DNA from: Chiloscyllium plagiosum
Taxonomy: Eukaryota
Assembly (NCBI RefSeq): GCF_004010195.1
Contig: NC_057719.1
Span: forward strand, 48,100,119 to 48,129,618
Direction of reading: 5' to 3'
Length of the DNA stretch: 29,500 bases
Part shown: positions 10,801-22,800 of the stretch, one piece after another
Position numbering within the stretch: position 1 is the stretch's first letter
How the letters are laid out: the number at the start of each line of letters is the position of its first letter
The notes under the pieces: generated by a model
What the model was told of the DNA's origin: nothing
The model's database searches: none
The model's input: only the letters and a program-made list of their open reading frames with translations
Position numbers and translations under genes: made by a program

Positions 10801-13800
10801 GCGCTGCTCTTGAAAGCCAGTGCTTCCAAATAAATATGTTAGACTATAACCTGGTGTTGTGATTTTTAACTTGGTCCATCATAATCCAACACTGGCTTCT
10901 CCACATCACAGATGGTGCTATCTCAGAATCTTTTAAATTTCTACAGTGCATCTTGTAGATAGCATGCACTGTTGTGGTTGAGCTTTGGTGGAGGGATTGG
11001 ACGTGGTTCCAATCAAGTGGGTAACCTTTGTCCTGGATCATGTCAAGTTTTTTGTGTTGGAGCTGTACCCACCTCGGGAGTATTCCATCACATTCCTCCT
11101 GATTAGTGCCTTGTAGATGGTGGATAGGTTTTGGGGAGTCAGGAGGTGAGTTGCTAACCCCAGCATTTCGAGCCTCTGATCTGATCTTGAAGTCAGTATG
11201 TTTATGGTGAGTCAATTGATTTTTTGCACAATGATATGCCCCCAGGATGTTGATAGTGAGGGATTTGATAATGGTCATTCAGTGATGTGTCCAGGTGGGC
11301 TGGTTAGAGTTTTTGCAAAAGGTTATTACTTGACTTTTTGAGAGGCACCAATATTATATGCCACTTGTCAGCTGAAACTGGATATTATTCAGGTCTTGTT
11401 GCATTTGAACATGGACTGTTTTAGTATCTGATGAGTCACAAATGGTGCTGAACATTGTGCAATCAACAGGAAACATCCCCACTTGTGACCTTGCATTGGA
11501 GGGAAGGTTGTTGATGAAGAAGCCAAAGATGTGATTCCCATTCATTCCAGCTTTGCTATGGCTGCAAGATATTGCCCAGTAAAATGTGGCCTTGCTATTG
11601 TGTTATCACTGTAGCCACACCTCTGGAATTTAGCTGTTTTGTCTATGTTTTAAACAAAGCTATAGTGTGGGCAGAGGCTGAGTGGCCCGAGCAGAAATCA
11701 AAGTGGGCATTAGTGAGCAGTTTATTGCTGAGCAGCTACAACTTGATAGCTCTACTGATGACATCTTTCATCACTTCAGGCAGGATGGATTTGTCCTTTT
11801 TGTGAACAGAAAATACCTGGGCAATTTTCCACATTGTCTGGTAGAAGCCAGTGCTGTCGCACATGTGGAATAACTTTCCTAAGGGAAGGACAGGTTCTGG
11901 ACCCCAAGTCTTCAGTACTGTTGCCAGAATCTTGTCAGGGCACATAACCTCTTGTAGTGTCCAATGTCTCCAACTGTTTATTGATATCCTATGAAGTGAA
12001 GTTGAAACTTTATTGCTGGAACAGCACAGCAGGTCAGGCAGCATCCAGGGAACAGGAGATTCGACGTTTCGGGCACAGGCCCTTCTTCAGGAATGGCCTG
12101 TGCCCGAAACGTCGAATCTCCTGTTCCCTGGATGCTGCCTGACCTGCTGTGCTGTTCCAGCAATAAAGTTTCAACTTTGATCTCCAGCATCTGCAGACCT
12201 CACTTTCTCCTTGAAGATCCTATGAAGTGAAACCAATTGGCTGAAGACTGGTATCTATGCTGCTGGGGTGCTGGAGGAGGTAGAAGATGGATCATCCACT
12301 TAGCACTTCTGACTGAAGATGGCTAAACAGAATATAAAATCAGCTCTTGCATAGTTTTTCAAAAAAGAAACCAGGAACTTTCTATCAGGAGATTGACCGC
12401 TTCAATGAAATTTTTAAATGTGAAGGTGAACTGTAATCCTGCATTTATAAACCAGAAAAAGACAACTGAGGTGTTTGGATAGGTGAGACATTCTTGGTCA
12501 TGTTTGAATGTTAAAGAATATAGAGATCAAACATAAAATGTAAGCAGGGTGATCCAAAAACTGGGTTTTAAAAAGTTAACACCCTGATGACAATTTAAGA
12601 CCTGACTTGCAAAAATATCACAAAAGGAAATGCTGAATCCTGAGGTTGAACATTTCAATTTTGATCTCTGCTGATATTATAAAAGACAAAATCTTCAGAA
12701 AATGACACTTGTGGGAACTTTTCAACACCTCTATTCTCAGGAAAGTAAACTCCACTTTTAATGATGAAAAGCTTCCCGATGCCTTGCCCTGTTAGGCACA
12801 AGCAAGAGCAAATAATAGGATTTCACCTCCAGTGAGTCTGAACTCAAGTACCAAAGATAACTGTTTCTGTGCATATCTTTCTTCTGACAATGCGAATAAG
12901 ACCACATTTCTGATACTGCATGGCTCCAAGAATTTTACAAGCTTTTTTTTGTATGTACAGTACTTTGAAAGAATTGGCTGGACTAACTTGACAATCAACA
13001 TTTCCCTATGATGATAAAAAGTATTTTCACGGGTTCTGTGTTTCACGATTTTAGAGTAACACTTACTTAGTCAAAAACATTGATTTAAATTTTTTGTTCT
13101 TCTACTTTTCTTGTGCCCCTTCCTCCTCCTCCTCCTCCCTTAAATAAAGTACAAATGTTTTACCCAAATTATTATTTTTGATCTGAGTGCCTCAGCAAAG
13201 TATGTTAGCAGTTACTCATTCTGTTCCTCTGGCAGGACTGCTGCATTCACTTTTGTTTGCTTGATTTTGCCCCAATCATGTATAATTTTGAGCATGAATT
13301 ATTACACTAGTTGGAAGAAAATCCTGTCCCTAAACCTCAAGATGAATATTTTTCCATTTTTGTATGTGACTAAATATTTTCATTAGCTGCTGAATTGATC
13401 AGTGTGTCTCAACCATCTGGTATGTTGACTAAATATCTTGTGCAGTTTTGAGATCATTGATTTTTTTTTTGTCATTTTTTTCTTTTTTTTTTGTTTAGGC
13501 CGATTCTGTATCTATGGTGGCAGAACTGAAGGAAACGTAAGTGTTATATCAAAATAATTCAAATAAACCTTTTTAAAAACGTAGGTTGCTCAGCATAATT
13601 TCTTCTGCAGCCTTGTTGTAAAGGATACAAAGATCAAAAAAGTTGAAGACCAGTTGGAAAAGGAGCTGCTCAAGTTAGAACACAATGAGCAAAGATTTAA
13701 GGTAGTTGAATTTTTCTTTAATTTGCAAAGAAATATGGCTTTATTTCTGTTAAATCTGCAGTGCTGTATTGCCATGAAGTTATCATGTGCTATTTAACTG

Positions 13801-16800
13801 GACTTGTTTCATTGTGATCCATTTTTTTTTTCCATTGCATAATGCTATAATTTTGTCGTTGCATAAAGGAGTTGCAAGATGATCATGATTTGCTCAAGAA
13901 GCAAGTGGAAAATGTCCAACTTCTAACAGCAGAGCAGGTAATTTGTCTTTAGTGAATTTTAAATTTGCTTTCTTTGAATGCAGACTGAAAACGTTTTGTT
14001 AAATTCAGAGAAGGATTTGAGGACCTAACCCAATGTGCACTGTCACTCAACTTCCATCCTTGTTCTTGTTTCTCTGAATCTGAGACAGGAAACCCAATTG
14101 GTGAAACTTGCCACCTCATCCCTAAATTTTGTAATTGTTTCTCTGGACCAGCTTAGATAGCTATGCTACTCTTTCTCCAAAATTGCCTTGAAGCTCAGCT
14201 CATCTTTGATCATCAGTCACTTTATTAGCAGTCATGTTCTGTGACTTCGTGTTTGTTCCATTGTCTTGTCAAGGGCTTTGGGAATATTTTGTTGTTTTAG
14301 AATTTGTGTAAAAATTGAGTGCTGTTATTGGGTCAGTATCCAATGAAAAGAAACATCAGTTTAAATTATTTTTGAAAAATCTGCCATGGAGCATGTTACA
14401 TTTATTTATTCTCTTAATAGTATGCAGAAATACACATATCTGGCTGACCTGTATTTTTTAGCTATACTGTTCCTGGCCTATTTTTCATAAACATTTTAAT
14501 TAACTAAAAAACTCGGTTTGGAATAAGTGTAGTTTTTAAAAAAACAAAATTGCAGTGTTCTGGTTCTTTATCAACTTTTGGACCTTGTGCCAGACACTAG
14601 TGTTACACCACTTTGCTGATAGCTAACCCACCTAGTCTGTATATCTGCAATCACAAAAGGTGCAACCTCTTCATGTCCTCTTACCTCACAGTCCAAGGCT
14701 CCAGGTGAAGCAGCAATTCGTCTGCACATCATTCAATCTCGTCTGCTGTATTTGATGCTTGCAATATGGTCTTGTGTACACTGGGAAGACTAAAATGTAG
14801 ATTGTGTTTGCCAAACACAATCACCCATACGCTCTGTCTGTAATTGACCCTGAGCTTTCGGTTGTTTGCCGCTCCAACAGACCACACTGCTCCCATGCCA
14901 ACACATCTGACTTTTGAATTGATGCAGTGCTGAGGTGAAGCTCAACGCAAGCTGTAAGAACAATGTCATCTTCACCTAAAGTACTTTGCAGCCTTCAGCA
15001 TTCAACATTTGATTTTAACAATTTTGGAGATTGACCGCCTTCTTTCATGTTTGTTATGTTATCCCATACCGCTAGATTGTATTTCTCAGCTTATCAATTA
15101 TTTCTTGGTTTGTCTGACCCCCCACCTGCGTCGCACAGTCCTTTTTCTTCTCCCCCCTCCAAAAATGTTCTCTTACTTTGTAAAACGGTCTGCAGGTTAT
15201 CATGCTTTTTGAAGCTAGGAAAAGCTTTCACGTTATACAATGGATTTCAACATGTATTTTGTGAATTTCTGCATCTTCTTAGGTCTCCACTAAAGCAAAT
15301 CTGATTAAAGAATCACAAGCTATGTAAGTATCCTTCAAGTAAGTTTATATTCCAAATGTAATATGTAGATTATCTGACTTTACTTTTGTTTGCAGGATTG
15401 AAGCAAAAGAACAAGAAATTAATAACTTGAAGGCTCTCCTGTCAGATAGTAGAGAAGAAATTGCTAGCTATGTGACAAAGCTGCAGGTAATCTGATTATT
15501 GGACTCTTCCTGCATTAAGTTTGAGCTGCAAGTGGTTGGTATTTCCCAAAATAAATTTCCCTTTTTTTTTGTTTTAAATAAAGGATTTTCAGCATCAGAA
15601 TGCAGGATTGAAAATTCAAATTCAGCAATTGCATGAGAAAACCAATGAACAAGTAAGATTTTTAGATGAATGGTCGGCAATTGTATTTGTCTTGGTATTA
15701 TTTAGTAACTTTGTTTGCAGAATTTATTTGTATTCAATACTGAGCTGTAGTACAATGGTTTATTTTTTAAAAACTCTAATGGCTATCAAATTGATATACA
15801 AAATTTCATAAACTGCTGACCAGAAGCTCTACTGGACTTGCTATATAAAGTGTGGTCAGATGCTAAGAATTTTGTAGTGAGTAACTCATCACCTGACTTT
15901 GCAAAACCTGTCTATTATCTCCACAATACAAGTCAGGAATCTGAAGGAATGCTCCCCACTTGCCTGAATGGGTGCAGCTACAACAGCACTCAAGAAGCTT
16001 GACTCCATCCAGGGTCAAGCAGCCCACTTGATGGACACCACATGTACAAACATCCACTCCCTCCACCACTGATGCTTAGTACTTCACAGTGTACATTATG
16101 TACAAGATCCTGAGACAGCATCTTCCAAACCATGACGACTTCCATCTAGAAGGGAGAGAGTAGCAAATAAATGGGTACACCATTTTCAATTACCTTCCTG
16201 ACTTGGCAATATAGTCATCTTTCTTCACTGTCTCTGGGTCTTAATACTGAAATTCCCTCTTTAATGGTATCATAGGTCTAAGTACCGACATGGACTGCAA
16301 GGGTTCAAGAAAGCAGCTCTGCACCACCTTCTCAAGGTTAACTAAGGATAGGCAATGCATGTTGGCCAGCCAGCGATGCCTACATGCACAAGTGAATTTG
16401 GAAAGAAAGGATAAGGTCTTTTGACATTTGTTTCACTCACCTAATAAAAAATGTTTTTTCTTTCCCCAAGTGATCTGCATCACCCGTAAATGCCACAAAT
16501 GTTGTTTTGTTCGAACTTGTATATAGCTGAAAACCCGAACATTTCAATGTGTGCCCACCTGTTGGGGATGGGAAAAGAAAAATGTTTTCAAGTGTTCAAT
16601 TAGCTATGATTGCATGGAGGGGCAGGGTTGGTAGACTGCCCTACTCTTATTCCTATGTTCATATGCTTTTCTTTTGTAAGTTCAATGTGGTTGAACTTTT
16701 TAATGAGTACAGAATGTTTCTCTTTGAATGTAAATGACTAAATGTGTGCACAAGCATGAGAATTTATTTGCAGTCCATATGGCTTGTATCAAATTTTCTG

Positions 16801-19800
16801 TAATGAAACAGACTTTGTCAATGTGGAGATGGGTATGTCTTGAATGTCAAGCTTAGGTTTTGGTCATAATTTTTTTTTATTTCCTTGCAACAGGACTCTG
16901 CACTACTGAAGAGTGAAGTACTGCTGAATGTGTAAGTGAGCTGCAAGATGCAATTTTATATTTTCCCTCTTTGGGCAATGTCATCTTTATGACAATATTA
17001 CACAGGATCTATTATCAGTAATCTCCTTTTCATCAGATACTGGTTTAATTTATTCATGCACATACCAAGATAATTGTTCCAACTAAGTAATAAATTATTT
17101 AATTACAAAAATGTAGCAAGTTATTACTTGTAAGTTGAAAGGTACCTTTCACAAACAAATGTATTCTTCACTTGTTTCAGTGCTTAACTGGTTACTCCAG
17201 AGAGCTGCTGTGTGACACGCTGGTGTCAAATGTAAAAATGAGTGCCTGCTTTAGAGAATGTGAACTATTTTCTGCAAAAGAAACAGAATGCTATGCCAAC
17301 ATTCAAACTGTAATTATTTTTTAGACTTTCAGAAAAAGATAAAGAGATTGATTCTTTGCTCCGAGAAACAGATTCCCTAAAGACAGCTGTTAATCAACAA
17401 AGGAAGAAAAATAATGTGAGTGTAACTCAAAGTAATTTGTACTGGATGTTTTAACTACAGGTCTTAAATATATCCAAAGAGGAGCTTTTGTTTTCTTATT
17501 AGATGGCAATAAAACGTACTTAGAGTGGAATGAGAATGTAACTGCACATGGAAGATGAATAAAACCGATAATTTCTTTCTAAGAACCTTAGGTTGGGTTC
17601 ATAGCATCAGCAAGACTAAAGCAATTGAAAGTGATGCTGTGAAGAAACTGGGGGATGCCAAGCCTAGGTTTCCAATATTTTTAAATATAGAAAGCAGATG
17701 AGTTACACCTAAGGTCCTGCTGAAATTCTGTTTTTGTACTGAGACACATTGGTTAATTTCAGGACTGCAGTAGAATGTGAATAATGATGAAACAGATGAG
17801 TGCACATTTGTCCTATTCAAGAAAAGAGCCAAACCTTTCATAATACAGGAATAACCATATTCAAGGATAATCATGAATTATAGGGAGTTTTGGAATAGCT
17901 TGAAATCTCCCAATTCGTCAGCATTGCTGCCATTAGCCTTGGAATACTGGAGCATTGGCTATTTTGTGCCTGTGTGTCTTTATAGCCTGGAGGTCTATTT
18001 TGCACTTTCAGTAAATAAATCCTAAATTCATCAATTGTTGCTAAAAGCTGAAATGATTGGTCACCCTTCGCTGTTGATTTTTAAAAAATTTTACTCCTCA
18101 TTTCAAACACAAATTTACAAGTGGTTGCTGCTTTTGAGATAAACTCATTGTAATTTCAACAGTATCATAAATTTTAGTTACAATGTGTTTGTGATATTTT
18201 TGAGTATACATATCAAAATGTGAGCCTACAGGCCATTTGAAAAGGGTGGCAAAAAAAGGATTACTATTTAGTCTTGTACGTCTTTGATCCAACATGAAGA
18301 TGAGCCAAGTCCTTAACAGAAATACTTATGATGCCAACTGGCATTTCATACAATGAACATCTCTAGTAATAAATGAATGGGCCGTCATGCCAGTAAATGG
18401 AATGGCTTGATCAGCATCAGTAAGACAGGTGTCATGGTCCATCATGTTTCTATATCTTTCTTTATTAACATGGACAAAATAACACTGGAGCGATTTGATA
18501 GTTTAATGTATCTCAGCTCGAAACTTGAGGAATCTCTCACTGGATGTTGAAATCAACACAAACTTGGAAGATGCTACTACATCTTTGCTGCAAGTGGAAA
18601 AATAATGATGGCTATTGATACTGGTATCCATGAACTTGGGAAGCTGCCTGTTTGGAAGGGCATTGGAAGAAGATCAATAAGGGCAAAACTCAGCTGGACA
18701 GAGAAAACTGAGGTCAGCAAGTTGTGCATCATTTTAGCCCATTGTCTTCCTCTGTAACAAATAGGGCAGAGGCTGTAGTACCAGTGTGGGACTCGAGTTG
18801 TTTTCAAACCCAAATATTTTTGCTATCGAACCTTTTTTTTTTCCTGTGAATCAAGGCATCTGTCCTAGTCATCACCATGTACCTTTTAGCATGAATTGCC
18901 TAAGTGATGTACTTTTTAACAGGAATGAAGAAAACTGGCATACTTTCTTTTCTAACTGGAAGCTCTTCTCTTTCCAGGTCATATACCAAGGACCAATATC
19001 CTAGTGGGAGACTTTCTAGGGCTTCTTGGGAGGGATGTAAACTAGCCTAGTTGAGGGGGAGGGGTGGCATGGTGCCCTAAGCAGCAGTAAGACAAATGAA
19101 GGTTAAGGCTGGTACTGAAGTTAAAGACCCCCAAATTAAGTAGACAAGGCAAGCAAGAGAACAGCAGGAAATGACGGAAAACTAAGAATTAAAATGTATT
19201 TATGTCTATGTAAGAGGTCTGTCAGGCTTCTTGCACTCGGTACGGATGGGACTGGGAGATTATAGCTATTGGAAACATGGCTGAGGGAGAGACTGGACTA
19301 GGAGCTCAATGTGCCGGGGTACCGGACCTGAAATATTGAGCTCTGATTTCTCTTCATAGATGCTGCCAGACCTGCTGAGCTTTTCTGGCAATTTCTGTTT
19401 TTGTTTCTGATATTATAGTATCTTCTTCAGTTCTCTTGGTTTCAATAGGAAATGGCAGTTAGTTTCATGAATTGTACTATAGGCCCCCAAATAGTCAGCA
19501 GGAAGTTGAGGAATAAATGTGTAGAGATTGCAGATCGATGCTGGCAAGCAGTAGCTATAGATGAGAAATAGGAGGTGGAACCAAAGCAACTATTGGGGGT
19601 GCCAGAGGAAACAGTGTAGGAATGAGATGTGAAACCATTACAAGTGATACTCTGATCAGATAAATTTAAGAATCAAGCCAGGTGAGAGCCATTCCATGTG
19701 GATGGATGACAATGGAGAGGCCAAGAAGAACAAAGAAAATTTACAGCCCAGCAACAGGCCCTTTGGCCCTCCAAGCCTGAGCTGATCTAAATCCACTGTC

Positions 19801-22800
19801 TAAACCTGTTGCCCAATTCCTAAGCATCTGTATCCCTCTGCTCCCCACCTACTCATGCATCTCAAATGAGTCTACCGTGCCTGCCTCCACTACCTCTGCT
19901 GGCAGCGTGTTCCAGACACCTACCACCCTCTGTGTAGAGTACTTGCCGCGTGTATCCCCCTTTAAACTTTTCACCTCTTGCCTTGAAAGTGTGACCTCTC
20001 GTTATTGAATCCTTCACCCTGGGGAAAAAGCTTATCTCTAACTGCCTGGCTATATTCTTCATGATTTTGTAGATCTCCATCCGGTTCCCCCCTCAATCTC
20101 CTTTTTTTTCTAATGAAAACAATCCTAACCTACTCAGCCTGTCTTCATAGCATTGGAAGAGGATAGTGTGGTCAACTGTATACAAAGCCAGAGACTCTTC
20201 AAGAATGAAGAGGAGGAATGAATTACCTCAGTTACAAACATGCAGATATATCTGCATGTCATTTGTGACTTGGTATGAAGTATTTTGGTACTGTGCAGGA
20301 GTGGAAACCTAATCTCGGAGGGAATCAAGCATGAAGTTAAAGAAAAAAACCCACTAATTTTCTTTATTACGTGATGCATTGAATGGCATCAAGGGTTAGT
20401 TTCTTGAGAGCAGTGACATTTGAAGGAAAGAGCACCTGATTGCAAGAATCATTGAACAACAAATGTTCATGTGAGCATTCGTTTTTTTTTTGCCAACTTC
20501 TGTTGAAAGCATTTAAAAACATGGATCATGAATTGGTGATTGTGTTCATTGCCAAACACAATATTAAATGCCTGTCATGAAACAATGGACGTTTTCTATA
20601 GGATCTATAACATACGATATATAGTTTACCAGGAAAGAACTGACTAGAGAATAAATGAAAGGGATGGGTTGATAATAGTTGTTGAAAGGTATGTGCACAT
20701 TCTGATCAAGCTAACTTCTTTTGAAGCCTTGCAGAAGCAAGAAACAAAAAGGTAATGCATGACACTGAAAAGAATTCACTTCTCAGTCCAAGTAACTGAT
20801 TAGGTCTTCTGATTCTGAACTCCTTAGTTCACAATTATGCTGAAAGCTTGGTCAACCCATAAGTCATTTTACTAGCCCAATTAGACTAGAATAGGGCAAG
20901 AAAATCCAACCCTGAGTGATGTAGGTTTTAGCCAATGGCTTGAAAATTTGAGTCATATCTGGAAGTATTGCAAAGGTAGTGTCTTTCTCCATTTATGTTT
21001 CTCATAACAAACGAAAGCAGCAGTTTGATATGCAACTGTCAGGCTTTGAGGAATACTGCTTATCTAAATAATTTAATCACTTCATCTCCTTGCCTGCCTC
21101 CTTCATCCTCCCCTCCCTTCCGTCCGTCCACCTGCCCTCCCCTCCCTATACCTTCATCCGCCCTCCCTCCTGCTTCGTCCGCCCTTTCGTCCTCCCTCCC
21201 CCCTTGTCCGTCTGCTCACTCACCCACCTGCCCGCCTATCCTCCTTCATCTGTCTACCTGCCCTCCTCCCCTGTCCATTTGTCTGCCCACCCTCTCATCC
21301 TCCCCTCTTCAGACTTTAATATTCCAATTTTTTTAAAAAGTCTGTTTGGTTTTTAAATTTTGTCCAATTTCCCAACTTGCCGCAAACCTTGCCATGATAA
21401 TGTTTTTTCCTTTTAATTTGATACTGATGTTAACTTGGTTATGGCATGTACTTTTCCTCTAATCAAGATAATATTTCAAAACGACTTTAATATTCCAATT
21501 TTTTTAAAAAGTCTGTTTGGTTTTTAAATTTTGTCCAATTTCCCAACTTGCCGCAAACCTTGCCATGATGTTTTTTCCTTTTAATTTGATACTGATGTTA
21601 ACTTGGTTATGGAATGTACTTTTCCTCTAATCAAGATAATATTTCAAAACTGAAAATATAATCTTAAGTTACTATACCTGTATATCTCTATATTCCTATC
21701 CTTTAACCCAATTCTCCAGTTCATTTTGGTCAGTTCTGTGTTCATACTGTTGTAAATGCCTTCGGTTTAGCACTGGTCTTGGACCCAAGTACCTTATCTG
21801 CAAACTGAACCTCCTTTTTATCACTGCTACTTAACGGCACCTTTTATCGAGGACATTAAATAATCCTCTCTTGTTGCATCTCTGGGATATGCTGTTCTCC
21901 AAATCATTCTGGGTTGTGTTGTTTTAAGAAATTGTGTTTTTGCCAAACTGATCCAATGTACAAACGTAAAATTGCCCATGATTATTGTGGAATTTTTCTT
22001 AACACCTGTTCATTGGTGCTGTACACTCCATTTTACAATTTGATTACTGTTAGGGTGCATATCAACCCATCCCATAAATGAATTCTTACCTATGCTATTT
22101 CATTATCAAAACTGATGCTACAGCTTTATCTTTAGAATAAAGCTCATATATGTGATTATTGTACTAATGTGTTAATAACAGAACTGTTCCACCACATTTG
22201 TGTTAACTTCTGGTCTTTTTGAAATGCCAAGGCCTTTTTGAATATTCAGGTCATCCTGCTGCTGCATCTGTCAAGCCATAATTAATTTATATTTGTGCTG
22301 ACAATCCTCTACTTTGTTGTGAATCGTAAAGGCTTTTGGATGCCAAGTCTTTAGGTTTTTTTGATTGGTGCTTATCTTTTAAATGAGGAAGGAAGTGCTG
22401 GGAAAAATTGGAATCAGTCAGGATAAGCTGGATCAGAAGGACCACACAGGAAGGTAATGTAACTCAAAAAACAGATATGTAGAGAAGGGAGATTACTAAT
22501 ATAGTAACAGTGGATAGCTTCGATGAAAGAGGGTCAAATTGGGAGCAATCTGGTCTTCAAAATAATCAAAACAGGCATTAAAATACAACCAACATAGTGT
22601 TTGGTTTACAGAGCCAGTTGGACAAACTTCAAATAAAATATTTGGAATGATCTATAGAATAGGAAGAAACTTATTGCAAATGTAAAAGAGAACTGCAGTT
22701 GCTGGAAATCTGAAATAAAACTCATTTCTGGAGAACCTCTGTGGTTCCATCTGTGGAAAGAAAAGAGTTAACGATTCCTATTTAGTGACACTTCAGAATT

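Larger units (their letters stand above)
10490..12325 (-). mobile_element. Fragmented LINE (CR1/L2-group) 3' half, interrupted by PLE insertions at 10742 and 12001
   Basis: 3' tail ggccagcatttattgtccattcct at about 10497; - strand peptides GMFPVDCTMFSTI..QMQQDLNNIQ, WKIAQVFSVHKKDKS, HKKLDMIQDK; antisense to 15790-16400. Confidence 0.75.

Noticed and set aside
20727..20751. Possible microexon (ctaac branch, ag...aag|gtaatg) in the 8-kb intron
   Set aside because: 17- or 25-nt options break frame, and RKKNN joins ELREKNW directly as in recalled kinectin
20995..21356. Pro/Ser-rich ORFs of 113 and 88 aa
   Set aside because: Stop-free only because of the C/T low-complexity tract
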